DNA of 64,000 nt, taken from contig MU054098.1 in the NCBI GenBank assembly GCA_013239625.1, positions 899,568-963,567 on the forward strand, given 5' to 3'. Positions 26,687 through 40,620 of the stretch are shown piece by piece. The first letter of the stretch is position 1. Each line of letters starts with the position of its first letter. The position numbers and the translations under genes are program-made. Under the pieces are notes generated by a model that saw nothing but the letters and a program-made list of their open reading frames with translations, was not told the origin of the DNA and made no database searches. Source of the DNA: Lama guanicoe (lineage: Eukaryota).

Positions 26687-28589
26687 AAACATATTGTGGA
26701 ACAGCAGATATGCAAATATGATTGCCTTTCTATTTTACAGAAATGCATAATCAGGATATTTGCTGGGTGAGGTTGATCTGTAAAAGGCAAGAGGAAAGCT
26801 GGAATATAATGCCATTTCCTTTACCTTTAAAGAAATGCTCTGTTAAAGTATTTTTACTCATTTAGATGTTGCTGTAAAAGTGGTCTTAGGAATTTGCATG
26901 CATAGTTTTATGTCTGTCTATGCCCATCTATGTGGGTATTATATACACTATTATTTTTTCTCTCTTAAAACAAATTTTCTCTTATCCTCCAGCCTATCAG
27001 TGTTGCTATCTGACTGATTCCCAGTCTCACTGAAACTTTTTAAGCTTTCCTAGGTCACATGTCTCTATTTATCTTGTTGAATGGCTGTTTGTACTTCTTT
27101 TCCCTAGTATTAGAAAATAAGAGAAGCTAAAAATCAATAGAAGTGACTATATTGAACACAATGAAGGTTTATGTGGGAATATGAGACTCTGTCACTTACC
27201 ATAGACTCAATTCCTTTCAACTGTGTCCTGCTCTAATCTGTCAATCAGATCCTCAGCCCTTAGCTCCTTTATTCTTTTGTAATAAGTTAATTGGCATAAA
27301 ATAATTAAATGATTCAGTTAGCTTTCTAAGCCTTATTCAGGCACCATGATTATCTCCATTTTTAGTTTACTCAGTGAATTTCTTAAGTGTTCTTAAGAAA
27401 GTTTGCTTACAAGTTATTTAATTTTATAAGGAAACTGACTAAACATCATGACATGTAATATATTATTAGAACATAAATTTGTTGCTTTTTTCATCCTAGA
27501 TTTTTTGTAACTGTCGACTTTAATGATATTTTATGAACCCCACCTAGCAAAGTAAATGATTATTAGTGTGGCAAATCATTCAAAAGGACTAAGTTTCAAT
27601 GTGATATTTATAATCATCTATGCATTTTCTTAATTCAAAATAGTGCTTTCTGTTCATGTATTAAGAGCTCCAATTATAAATTATTAGTCACAAAATATAA
27701 TTTAGAAATAGACCCAACATATGTTAATATACATCAATATCACATTTGTAAAGCAAAAAAATTGTAAAGACAACAGAAGAAAAAATGCATTAAAATATAT
27801 TTTATGAGCTTTTAAATCTACCTGTAATATATGCTATAATACTATAATCCAACCAGATAATTACTCAAACTTAAATTTTAGGCCTTTTTTTTTTCTATTT
27901 TTCTATGTTATGCATTTAGAACTTCAAGTACAACAGAAATAATAAATCACTATGTAGATAGCAATTAATGTTCCTTTGTTCTCATGTTTTCCAAGACTGT
28001 TAAGCAATACTAGACTAAATTGAATCGTAATATTTTTGATACCTTCTTATATTGTAATTGATTTTGTTAACAAAGTATCAATAACATAATGTTTGTTTGG
28101 TTAATCGCAATGTGCATCAGAGTTGAAAAACATTCTTGTAGGGTGACCTTGCTTAAATCTGACTTTAGTTTGAAAAAATTGAGAGCAACCTGGAAGCAGA
28201 TTTATACGGTACTTTTGTCAGTAGTGGAGACAATTGTTTTGTTGCTGTTATTCTTAACATTTGTGGTGTAAAGAGAGTAATTTAAATTCAAACAGACTCT
28301 TCTACATCTTATTTGTCTTGACAGAGATTAGTTCTGCATTTAATTACTTCATATCAAAGAACAATCATAGGAATTAAATCTGCAACATCAATATCAATTA
28401 CTTTTTAAGAGTTAGCTAGAATACTAAATAAATGGAAGTCATTTATAATAGCATTTCCATTGTTTTTTCCAAAGAATGGACATACAGCAATATGAATATA
28501 AATAAGCAAAGTATTTTTCACTCATTGTTCCTAATAATTCCTTATTTCTTTTAGAAGTTTAGCTCTTTAGTGTTTTTCACATTGTTTTA

Positions 28590-28750
28590 TGATTCACTTG
28601 CATTAGAATCACTTAAGGTATCCATTAAGAGAAAGATTTCTGGGTTCTGTCTCAGAGGGACTAAATCAGAATCTCTAGGTGTGGGTCTGGGAATATGCAA
28701 TTTCCATTTCCCAGAATGATTCTGAGACTCAGTAAAGTTATGAACCACTG
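28590..28750. mobile_element. MER5-like hAT-Charlie non-autonomous transposon
   Basis: 'cattagaatcac...aatcagaatctctaggtgtgggtctgggaatatgc...gaaccactg'; similar relics at ~31920-32095 and ~58820-58940. Confidence 0.75.
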
Positions 28751-29016
28751 TCTTAAGAGTAAGGATTTAGAAAATAGCTTCTTGACACATCCAAATCATT
28801 TATATGCTAATGGCTACAAAAGCTGTATCTGTGCTAGTCTCCTACAACATCTCTTCTGAGAACCACATCTTTATATACCCCTACTTATCTCATATAACTG
28901 AGACACAGTGTCACAAAGTGATCTCTTTATCTCTCCACCTGACTCACAACACAGAAACATACACCTCCTTCTCCCTTGACCTGTGCTCCTTCTTTTGAAG
29001 TCTAGTGCCAACCAAC

Positions 29017-29655
29017 TGTTACAGGGAAGAGGAGAATAGAAGTCACCTTGGTTTTTAGTCACCTGAAAAAAATGAATTTCTAACAGGAGACAGAGCGTGT
29101 TATAAACAGAGGGCTTTATTAGTGTAGTAAAAAGGTAGTAAAATATGGTACACCTCCGAGAATTGGAGGCAGGCCAATTCAAGAGAGGAAAAATGGCACC
29201 TCTCCTTTGTTTTTCCTGTTCTTTTGTCCTGGATTAGGGGTGTTTTCGTGATTGATTGATTTACAGCTCAGATTCTTTGAGTGCTCTGGTACAGCTCAGA
29301 TTCTTTGTGTGCTCGGGCTGACTGACAGCTCACGTTCCTTGTGTTCAGGCATGCTCATCTTCTTCTACATATGTTTTTACCCATGATGCACACAGAGAAA
29401 CCTATGGGAGGGGGCTAAAACTGTAATGTTAATTACATTATAATGAGCATTGGGTCAAGTTAAGCCAGGTCCTTCTCTCTATTGCACAGCCACAGTGTTA
29501 GATTCTAGCCAGCTTCTTTGCTGGCTCTCATTTAGAGAAAGTAAAAGTTTTTGGAGCCCCTTATCTTGAGTGCAGGTATACTGTTATGTTCTGGGCTGCT
29601 CCCTCCCCGTTTCTCTCCCCCTGCTTGGTGCTCATTTCTACCTAACTGCCTAACA
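29017..29655 (-). mobile_element. ERV1-class solo LTR inserted in an L2
   Basis: tgtta...taaca termini; 4-bp TSD caac (29013-29016 and 29656-29659); AATAAA on minus (29115-29120); internal 3x repeat acagctca(g/c)..ttc.ttg ~29263-29345. Confidence 0.85.
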
Positions 29656-29659
29656 CAAC

Positions 29660-30510
29660 CACCACAGCATTATGTCATCCACAATGACTTCATCACCAAG
29701 TCCTGTCAATTCTATCTTTTTAATATTTTAATCCATCCACTTCTCTGTTGTTGGATAATATCAACATTTCATTGATTTCCCTAATTCTTCTTAGTTCCTC
29801 TCCAGAATTTTCTCCAAGCAACAGCAAAAGTAATCCTTCTAAAATACAAATATAGTCATGAAACTTCCCTGCTTAAATTCTCCCCCACACACATTAGTCC
29901 CCTGTAAGCGTAAAGATAAAAGTCCACATTTATTAAATTCTCATAACTGCTCATATTCTTCATGATATGGTTACTGTCTTTCTATTTGTATCACCATTCC
30001 TCCTTCTCCCCGTTGGCACATTTTGTTTTAGTTTTACAGAACTAACGATTTTCATTTTTAGGAATAAGTTATACTTTCTCTTTCCTCTATGGCATGTATC
30101 AAGTCATTATGAAAATTTCCAATTATTTATTTTTTCTCCTGTAAACTCAGTTTGTACACCTCTCTACCCCCAGTGTCAAGAACAGTTCCTAGTACATAGT
30201 ATAAACTCAAAAATTCTTCTGAATGAGTAGATAAATAATGAGTAACCCAATATATATGTCAGTAATATGTAACATAATAATAGCATTTAAACACATAGGC
30301 TCTGGAAACATTCAGTTAAACTCTGGCTTTGCTACTTCAGTGCCTCCAAAAATTTACATAAATTTCTCTGTGTTAGGTCACTAATCGTTCAAGTAGTTAT
30401 AATAATAGGATCTATCCCTTAAGATTTTCATGAAGATTAAATGAGAAAATAACATATAAAGTTGTTAGAAAAGTGCCAAACTCACAGAAGGTATTCAATA
30501 AATGTCAACT
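29660..30510. mobile_element. L2 remnant (continues from ~28760-29010) followed by MIR (~30280-30510)
   Basis: L2 motifs 'catcaccaagtcctgtcaattctatc' and 'tctgaatgagtagataaat'; MIR core 'aagattttcatgaagattaaatgagaaaataacatataaag'. Confidence 0.65.
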
Positions 30511-30559
30511 ACAATTTTTACTTCTTTCATGCTTCAAGAATTATTCCCCACCTCTAAGA

Positions 30560-30960
30560 AAATTCATCATTTTATCTCTTTCAATTTTTTCCCTCTGCTC
30601 TCAGCCATCATCTTGTAAGAGTCATATTTGTTTTAGTTTAACTATAATGGATGTCTCTCCATACCCTCTATCACTTTAGAGGTTCTTCTCTGGATCTTCC
30701 CTTGCTGACACTGTTAGGTGTGATGAGCAGAATTTTAAACAATATTCTTGCTGAGTTGATACAGTCAAAAGAAAAATATGTTTAGTTTCTATAGAGTTTC
30801 CTGATAACATGCAATACTTTTCTTGTCTTGGTAACCATATCAACACTTCGGGGTAATATCTTCAGGGAACAGTGTATCAGAACATCAAGATTGTAATAAT
30901 TTCCTGGAGGCATAATTGGTAGTTCTAAACCCACATCTCAAATCCTGTGCTTGAATAAGC
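30560..30960 (-). mobile_element. CR1/L3 LINE ORF2 C-terminal fragment
   Basis: NLDVLIHCSLK..VTKTRKVLHVIRK..QEYC..KIQRRTSKVIEGMERH, matching CR1 DLGVLVD..KANxILGCI..LEYC..VQRRATKMIKGLE. Confidence 0.8.
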
Positions 30961-32134
30961 ATTTTGCTGACAACAGAAAGACTTACTTGTTACTTATTTT
31001 AAAGAAAATTAATAAATGGTTCAACCTTGGGTCAGACTTATACCAAAACAGTATTATTTCTCAGTTGGTCAGTTCATAAAAATATTTGTTAGGCCACGAG
31101 GTAAGTTTTAGAAGATGAGGAAATGGAAATCTTACATAAATTTGTATACAAAATTTGTAAGATTTTATAAGATTTGAATTCTTATTTTACTTTGGCTATT
31201 TCAAACTATAGATTATCATTTCAGATAATTCCAAAAGAATGGTTTCCTAAGTAAATAATATACTTTTTAAAAAAAGTTTTGCAGCAATAATATGAATAAA
31301 AAGATTTAAGGGAAAGTTTTTATTTTTCCAATAGAAATCAAATCATCAGCATTTTAGACATGGAAAAGACATCAGAAGTTATCTATCCTAATTCACAGAC
31401 ATATGGAAACATCACCAAAAACTATACGTGACTTAGCTGATATCACACAGCTGGACAAGTGTCAAGATAAAACTTATGTGTGCTGACTTTCAATTTATTG
31501 TTTTTATTAAACAACAATACTAATCAAATTAGTTTATTATAATAGGAAATATCTATAAGTAGAAAACAACAATGACAGAATTGACATGGAGGGGAGAATT
31601 CTATAATATAATTATCCCGCCTGGTCATTTTAACTTATAACAAAAGAATTTTATAATGAGGTAGAAAAGTTTATATCTTAAGAACTTCAGGGGACACAAA
31701 ACAATACCCATATACCTTGAAAAGTTGTACTTAAACTGATCTTTTACTGTGGAGGGCAAACATTTACGTGTAGGGGCAATAAATAAAATTAAATTTGAAA
31801 TTTTAGAAGGAGGTTTGTTCTTCAAATAAATCTTATAAGATGCTGTAAATAACGATTATCTTAAAAAATGAGCAACCACAGTATAAATGTGTATCTATTA
31901 AAGCTGAGCATTTTCATTAGAATCAATGAGGATTCAAAAACAAGCAGTTTCCTAGACCCCCATCTTGGACCACATCTCAGAACTGCAAAATCAGAATCTA
32001 CGGGGGCAGGGCCTGGGATTGCATTTTATGGTTACCACACATGCCCCCTACCACCTTTATTCTCTTGCAGTATAAAATTTGAAGGTTACTAAATTAGTTT
32101 AAGAAACACTTACATTCATATTTAAAAATTGAGT

Positions 32135-35100
32135 GAAGTGATGTCAGCATCATGGTGATATAAGATGTTCCTTCTTTTTATCCCCATTTTAAAAGAATGA
32201 AATAGACATCCATCCATGAAGAAAAGCACCTTTGTGGGTGTTGTAGGATCTAGCACCATATGCCAAAGACCCTAGAGGAGTCTTGTTCACCTGTGCATCC
32301 AGTAATAGGCAGACCACAGTATTGACTGCAGAACTGGCAAAGCCAGTGAATCTACCCAGACTTCTCTCATCATGGTTAGGAAAATATCAGAGAGTGCTGA
32401 CCTGGGCAGATACCCATACGGGAGAAATAATTTCCAGACGTCCTGCCTTCCCAATGAGAGATTCCAGCATGTGACTGGAACTAGTGTGTATATGAATTCA
32501 GTCACAGAGGAGACACCAGTAAGAGAAACTTTCCCAACACCTGTACCCAAGGAAACATTGCATAGTGCCAATTTATCCAGAAGCAGTGACTTCTCTCACA
32601 GGGAAAAGGATAACAGTGAGTTGTACCGGTTATGGCTGGAAAAACCCATTTATCTCCAACAGTACCCAAAATACTAAGGTGGGACCTCCATGACTAGGAG
32701 GAGGGGTGAGTTTGGAAAAAGGCAGGTAAGAATTTCAAAGGGCATTAAAGGGATTGCATTCAGCATGAAGTCCACCAAGGAGCCTCTGGGAGTACTACAT
32801 CCATGAATCTCCCTACTAGGTCCACAGGCACCTGTGAAGCTCTGAGCACTAAACGTACACTCCCCAACTTTTTGACTGGCTCTTTGTGCATGCTCTGTGT
32901 ACAATGGTGAGAGAGTGCTCCAGTAGATAGTGAGCACGTTCAGAGATCAGGTATGGTCTGATCAGGTATGGGGCAAGGGAGAAACCACAAGCTTGAGCTA
33001 TAGTGCAAGCTTCTGGAAAACAAAAGGGAAGTTTCTACTAGCCAACCCAGTGAGTTATAAGAATCAGAGGAGGACATAAAAGCTTAACAATTCTGTTACA
33101 AAAGGGAACAAGAAAAGTGGAGCAGGCGTACCCATACAAAGTTGGGGAAAACTCCAGATAGTAATGACATCATTGAAAAGAATACATCATCTGCAGGCAA
33201 TTAGGAAAGATTTCTGCTACTTCAAATGTGAAAGCATTTATGCAAATCTTAAAGGAACATGAAAAAAATCAAGGAAGCATACCATCACAAGAAGAAATAA
33301 CTATTCTCCGATAACTGAGTTAAAAGGCATGGAATTTTGTGATTTAGGTAATTGGTAAAGAATTCAAAATAGTTGTGTTGAAGAAATTTAATGAGGTACA
33401 AGAAATAAACAATTCAAAGGAACCTCAAAAAACATGAAAAAATGAAATTTTAACAAAGAAATAGAAATCATTAAAAAAAAGAACCAAACAAAAATTCTGG
33501 AGGTGAACAACTCAATGAATAAAATGGAAAATGCGATAGAGAGTGTTTGTAGTAGAGTAGAGGAAATGGAAGATGGAATAAGAGTTAGAGGATAGGAATT
33601 TTGAAATAGCCCAGTTAGAGGAGAAAAATTTTTAAATGAAAAAGAGGGGAGAAAGCCTACATGATCTATGGAAATTTATCAAAGAACAAATATTAGAATA
33701 ATTGGGATTGTAGAAGAGAGAAAAAAGGAATAGAAAATTTAAAGAAATAATAGTTGAGAACTTCTTAAACCTGTGGAGAGAATTGGACATCCAAATTCAT
33801 GAGACTAATAGATCACCCCATTATCTCAACGCAAAAATAACTTCTCCATGACACAGTATAATTAAATTGTCAAAAATTAAGGACAAAGAAAGAATTCTAA
33901 AAGCAGCCAGGGGAAATAAGATTGAAGCCCAAAAGAAGTACCCAATAGGCTATCAGCAGTTTTCTCAGTAGAAATTATACAGGCTAGGAGAGAGTGGAAT
34001 AAATATTCAAAGTGTTGAAAGAAAAAAATTGTAGCCAATCACACTCTGTCCAGCAAAGTTATCTGTCATATATGAAGGAGAAATAAAGACTTTCTTAGAC
34101 AAGCAAAAGCTGAGGGAGTTCATTACCACTAGAACTGCCTTGCAAGAGATGATGAATGGAGTTATTCAAGGTGAAATTAAAGATGCTAGGCAGTGACATG
34201 AAAACATCCAAAAGTATATAACACACTGGTAAAGGTAAATGTACAGCCAGAATTAGAAAACTCAAAGTCTGTAATAGGATAGTTTGTTAACTACTTAACC
34301 ATACTATAAAGGTCAAAGGGAAAGAGTATTACAAATAAATATAGCTACTATAATATGTTAATAAATACACAATATAAAAAGTAAATAATGGCATCAAAAT
34401 ATAAATGAGAGGAGTAAAAGTTTGAAACCACTGTAGACGATTTTATATAAGTTGATATCAGCTTAAAATGGACTGTTTTATCTATGAGATATCTTATGTA
34501 AGCATCATGGTAATCATAAAGCAAAAAAACTGGAGCAAATGCACAAAAGATGAAGAAAGGGAAAACAGAGCATACCACTATGGGAAATCACCAATTTACA
34601 AAGGTAGGCAGAAACAGAACAAAAAAGAAAAAATAGAAATACAAAACAACCAAAAAACAATTAGATGGTATTAGTAAGTCCTCATATATCAATAATAATT
34701 CTAAGTGTAAAGTGGTTAAATTCACCAATCAAAAGGAATAGAGTGGCTGAGTGGATTAAAAAAAAAAAGACCCAATTATATGCTGCCTGTAAGAGATGCA
34801 ATTTGGTTTTAAGGACATATGTAGGCACAAAATGAAGGGATGGAAGATATTTCATATCAGTAGAAAACAAAAGGAAGTGAGGATAGATATGCTTCTATCA
34901 GACAAGACAGACTTTAAGCCAAAAATGGTAACAAGAGACAAAGAAGGTCATTATAGAATGATGGAAGAGTCCATTCATCAAGAAGATATAATAATCATAA
35001 ACGTATATGCACTCAAAATTGGAGAGCCTAAATGTATTAAACAAATACTAACAGATCTGAAGGGAGAAATAGATGACAATACAGTAATAGCAGGGGATTT

Positions 35101-36380
35101 TAATACCCTACTTTGAGCAATGGTAGATCATCCAGACAGAAGATCAACAAAGAAGCAAGGGACTTGAACTATACGTTAGAACAAGTGGACCTAACAGATA
35201 TTTATAGAATGTCCATCCAACAGAAGCACATGATCCTCTCAAATGCATATGGATTAACCACATAATGGGACACAGAACAAGTCTTAGCAAATTTAAGATA
35301 TTGAAATAATACCAAGTATCTTTTCTGACCACGATGGTATGAAGCTAGAAATCAACAAGAGGAAAGCTAGAAAATCTACAAATATGTGGATATTAAACAA
35401 CACACTCCTAAACAACCAATGGGTTAAAGAAGTCAAAAGTTAGACCAAAAAATTATCAAAACAGATGAAATGAAACACAACATACCCTATGTGATACTGC
35501 AAAAGCAGTTCTAAGAGGGAAATTTATAGTGATTAATACATATGTTAAAAAATAGAAAGATCTTAAATTAACAACCAAACTTTACACCCAAGGAACTAGA
35601 AAAAGAAGAACTGAGTCCAAAGTTAGTAGAAGGAAGAAAATAACAAGGATCAGAGCAAATGAAATAGAGACCAGAGAAACAATAGAACAAATCAACAAAA
35701 CTGGTTTTTCAAAGAGCTAGTTTTTCAAAAAGACAAACAAAATTGACAAACTTTAAGCTAGACTAAGAAGAGAGAAGACTCAAATAGAATCAGATATGAG
35801 ACTGATACTACAGAACTGATATTACAGAAATACATAGGATTATAAGAGACTACTGTGACTTATTATATGCCAACAAATTGGATAACCTAGAAGAGATGCA
35901 TAAATTCCTAGAAATATACAACCTACCAAGACTGAATCAGGAAGAAATAAAAAATTTGAAAGACCAAAAATGAGTAAGGAAAATGAATCAGTAATCAAAA
36001 ACTTCCCAATGCAGAAAAGCCTAGGACCAGATGGCGTCACTTGTGAATTCTATCAAATATTCAAAGAACAATTAATGTCAGTCCTTCTCAAACCCTTCCA
36101 AAAATTTAAAGGGAGAGAACACTCTCAAACACAATTTATGAGGAACAAAGTTGGAACTAGAAGATAAATAATTCCGGGAAAACCACTGTACAGCATAGTG
36201 TATTAATCAACAGTACTGTACTCTAAACTTTGAAGTTGCTAAGATCTTAATTGTTTCCACCACAAAAAATGATAATTATATGATATGATAGTAGTGTTAG
36301 CTTACACGACAGTGGTAATCCTAGGTATGATATATAAGTGTATCAAATCAGTGTGTTATACACCTTAAACTTATACAGTG
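32135..36380 (+). mobile_element. LINE-1 (5'UTR, ORF1, ORF2 EN/linker, then a jump to the 3' end)
   Basis: 5'UTR start 'gtgatgtcagcatcatggtg'; ORF1 ~33260-34170; EN peptide 34796-35116 (INVYALK..IAGDFNTLL); KSLGPDG at ~36017; 3' end 'caccttaaacttatacagtg'. Confidence 0.93.
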
Positions 36381-36384
36381 TTCC

Positions 36385-39300
36385 TGTTTATGTTCACTTA
36401 TATTTTGGGTGACTTTCTTAGACTAATTCTTCAAAGTCTGTATTTTTGCATGTGTGGCTAGTGAAATAAATGTCTGTTAACTTCATGGTTATCTAATAAT
36501 TGGACAGACATGTCCTTAAATGGTTTGAAACAATAACTATCTGACCATTTGCTATGTGGCTCCCTGGGTGCAAGTGTTGGGGCATCTTTTAGATTCCCAG
36601 GCATGCATCTTACTCCTCTCTCTTAGCCTTCACTTAATTGCTTGTGAAGAGCTTCAGCATAGCCAGAGGTGAGAGATTAGGGCCTTTTCATGTTTTCCTT
36701 GGGTTTGTGCACAGCCCAACATACGTGTATGATCTTCTAGAGTCCCAAAAATATTTTGGACTTTTTCAAAGCCCCCAGTGGTCATTTCACTACCTGTGTT
36801 TTCTTTTAATTTTTTTCACATGCTCTTATTTGACCTAGTTATTATCACCATTTAAGGCAGCTGTGATGTGAAATAATTGTCTTTGATATTTTTTAACGCA
36901 TGCTCTCAGGGAAAGGTCTGTTTGCACAGAGAAAACTTTGAGTCAGGTAAGATAAATATGACTTCTATAAAAGGGAGTCCCAGTGAGCTGACACACAGGT
37001 AATAGTGACAGTGTACTCTAGGAATGGGGCCTATCTGGGAGCTCCAAACCCAGTATTCTCTTTTTAGTGGTTTCTAGGTTGCTGATTTTCACATATACAA
37101 TAATTTCAAGGCTGTTAGTTTTCAAAGCTACTATAGAACTGGGGAAGTTGGAAAAGGGCATTTTAAAATGCCACGAAATTCACCATTTTTATCAAGATCC
37201 AGCCATTTTTCTTGTAGAAACACACCTTGGATGGATGGAAACCTGTAGTTTTCAGAATTCTTGATTTGTTTTTCATTCTATATGGCTTATTTCATCTTTT
37301 TTTTTCAGTTAAAGTACAGTCAGTTGTAATGTGTCAATTTCTGGTGTGCAGCACAATGTCCCAGTCATGCATATACATACAAATATTTTCATATTCTTTT
37401 TAATTAAAGGTTATTATAAGATACTGGATATAGTTCCCTGTGCTATACAAAAGAAACTTTTTAAAATCTATTTTTATACATAGTGGTTAACATTTTATAG
37501 ACTCCACATACAAGTGATATTGTATGGTATTTTTCTTTCTCTTTCTGGCTTACTTAGAATGACAATCTCTAGGTCCATCCATGTTGCTGCAAATGGCATT
37601 AGTTTATTCTTTTTTACAGCAGAGTAGTATTCCATTGTATAAATATACCACTACTTCTTTATCCAGTCATCTGTCGATGGACATTTAGGTTGTTTCCATG
37701 TCTTGGCTATTGTATAAAATGCTGTATGAACATTGGGGTGCATGTATCTTTTTGAATTAGAGTTCCCTCTGGATAGATGCCCAGGAGCAGGATTGCTGGA
37801 TCATATGATAAGTCTATTTTTAGTTTTTTGAAGACTCTCCTTACTGTTTTCCATAATGGCTGCACTAAACTACATTCCCACCAACAGTGTAGGAGGGTTC
37901 CCTTTTCTCCACACCCTCTCCAACATTTATTGTTTGTGGACTTTTTAATGATGGATATTCTGACCAGTTTGAGGTGATAGATACCTCATGGTAGTTTTGA
38001 TTTGCATTTCTCTGATAATTAGCGATGTTGAGCATCTTTTCATGTGCCTATTGGTCATTTGTATGTCTTTGTTGGAGAACTGCTTGTTTAGTTCTTCTGC
38101 CTATTTCTAGATTGTGTTGTTAGGTTTTTTTTTTGTTATTAAGTAGTATGAGCTGTTTATGTATTCTGGAAATAAAATCTTTATCAGTCTGCAAATATTT
38201 TCTCCCATTCTGTAAGTTGTAATTTTGTTTTGCTTATGGTTTCCTTTGCTGTGCAAAAGCTTGTAAGTTTAATTAGGTCCCATTTGTTAATTTGTGCTTT
38301 TATTTCTATCACCTAGGTAGAGTGCCCTAGTAGAACATTGCTAAGATTTATGTCAGATAATGTTTTGCCTGTGTTTTCTTCTAGGAGGTTTACTGTGTCT
38401 TGTCTTATATTTAAGTCTTTAAGCCATTTTGAGTTTCTTTTTGTGTATGGTGTGAGGGAGTGTTCTAACTTCACTGATTTACATGCTGCTGTCCAGTTTT
38501 CCCAACACCACTTGTTGAAGAAATTGTCTTTTCTCCATTGTATATTGTATATTCTTGCCTCCTTTGTCAAAGATTAATTGACCATAGGTCTGTGGATTTA
38601 TTTCTGGTCTCTATTCTGTTCCATTAATCCGTATGTCTGTTTTTATGCTAATACTGTGCTGTTTTGATTACTGTAGCTCTGTAGTATTGTCTGAAGCCTG
38701 GGAAGGTTATTCCTCCAGCTTCATTCTTTTTCTGTAATATTGCTTTGGCAATTCTGGGTCTTTAGTGATTCCACATAAATTTTAGGATTATTTGTCCTAG
38801 TTCTGTGAAAAATGTTCTGGGTACTTTGATAGGGATTACATTAAACTTGCAAATTGCCTTGGGCAGTATGGCCATTTTAAAAATGTTGATTATTCCAATC
38901 CAAGAGCATGGGGTGTCTTTCCATTTCTTTAAATCATTTTTAATTTCCTTAATCAATGTTTTGTAGTTCTCCATGTATAAATATTTCACCTCCTTGGTCA
39001 GATTTATTCCTAAGTATTTGTTTTGGATGTGATTTTAAAAGGGATTGTTTCTTTACTTTCTTTTCCTGCTATTTCATTGTTAGTGTAAAGAAAGGCAATT
39101 GATTTCTGTATGTTAATCTTGTATCCTGCTACCTTGCTGAATTCTTTTATCAGCTCTAGTATTTTTTTGTGTGGAACTTTTAGGGTTTTCTATATATAAT
39201 ATCATGTCATCCACATATAGTGACAGAATTCTTGATTTTGACAATTATTACCTGTGTCTTCATTGCTTTTATGGATGAGCAGTTCCTCAGAAGTCCCTAT

Positions 39301-40620
39301 TTCCCCATCCTGGGGATGGGGCATGCTTGGTTATTTTTGGTGAGCCCATTTGGTGAATTTTTAATTTCTCTGATAACTTTCAGTTCTAAAAGTAATATTT
39401 TATCTTTTTAATATTTTTCTTATATTTCTCTTCTGAGACTTTCTTTCTACCCCTTTCAATACTAATTCCCTTTACTTTACAAGGCATGGTTATAATAGGT
39501 ACTATAAAGTGTTTCTTGGATAATTACAACATGTGGGTCATCTCAGGGTTAATGTCTGTTGATTGTTTTCCCTTGAGAATTTGACAGAAATTCCTGGTCT
39601 TTGTATATTGAACAATTTTTAATTGTCTCTTGGGTATTTTAATATTATAAGATTCTAGGTCTTTAAAAAATCCTATTGAGATTTTTTTAAAGTGTCGCTT
39701 GAGCCAGTTAGGTTTCGGCTACATGTTTCAACTTGCCTTCATTTGGCTGTGGTTCTAATGTAAGTTCAGTTTCCAAAGCTTTAGCAGCATTATTTGAATC
39801 TGCCCGCTGTGCACCACCCAGGACCAGTCTGAGACTTTTGGTATGCTCTACAGGGTCATATCTGATGCATATACAATTTAGGTATGAGTCCAGAATTCAT
39901 TGGCAACTTTATGGGATCCCATTTTCAAGTTCCCTTTTCTTCCTGATCTCCCTCATATTCTCCATCTCACAAAGTCCTGTTACTTATTTATCTCACTAGA
40001 AAGCCAGAGTGTTTTTCTCTCTGCTTTATCACAAACTTTTCTATCTGGCTCTGTTTCTAGGGCCACGTGGCAGGAGGGTAGAGAAAGAGAGACAAAATAA
40101 GCAACAGGGTTTTCCCACACAATCTTTGGGCCACAGTTCTGATAATAGAGAAGGATTTTCCGTCCTCAGAGCTTCAGATGCCTTCTTGCCTATTGCTGCG
40201 CCACTGTCATAGGGCTGTAGCACCAGGAATGGGGCTTGCTTGCAGGCCAGACCAGAAAAGGAAAAATACAGAAGCTATTTGCCACTTTTTCTGTCCCTTA
40301 GGCATCCTCCTTCCCCTGAGTCAGACCAGAAAGAGAGGACTTCCCTTTAACTTCCACCTGTACTTGGTGCAATTCTGGGAATAGGCTGTATTGGAGTCTA
40401 AGTCAGGACCTTACAGAATTTTTTAAAAACTCACAACTCAGTGCCAGATTGCTCATTCTTCCAGTTCTGATTTCCCTAGTTCCTTCTTGCTACCACTTAC
40501 TTTTCAGATGCCCCAGATGGCCGCTCCATTTAATCTGTCCAGGAATTTTAGTTGCTTTTCAGTAGGGGGAGCCAGTGTGAAGTCTGTTCACTCCATCTTA
40601 ACAGGAAGTGACACTCTTAT
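36385..40620 (-). mobile_element. Old L1 5' region split by the younger L1 at 37268-39223
   Basis: L1M 5'-type sequence on both sides of a TSD; ends in 'ctccatctt' (~40590). Confidence 0.6.
37268..39223 (-). mobile_element. Camelid-type L1, 5'-truncated, with 15-bp TSD and a short 3' extension
   Basis: ORF2 peptides 38313-38570 (FNKWCWENW) and 38762-38989; TSD cagaattcttgattt at 37253-37267 and 39224-39238. Confidence 0.95.

Larger units (their letters stand above)
26420..31830 (-). mobile_element. Ancient RTE-X/L4-like LINE ORF2 remnant, copy C, split by CR1, MIR, L2, LTR, MER5 and SINE
   Basis: Ordered motifs: weak EN-like stretch ~31580-31800; QTKVRFKQGHPT (28137-28172, cf. EQAGFRKGxST); CFSTLMHIA (28106-28132); YDSI (~28018-28030); LLNDLPH (27566-27586); FFKGKG..YIPAFLLPF (26782-26836, cf. 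RFFxxKGGxYIPAALKLF); PFAILKV (~26468-26490). Confidence 0.62.
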
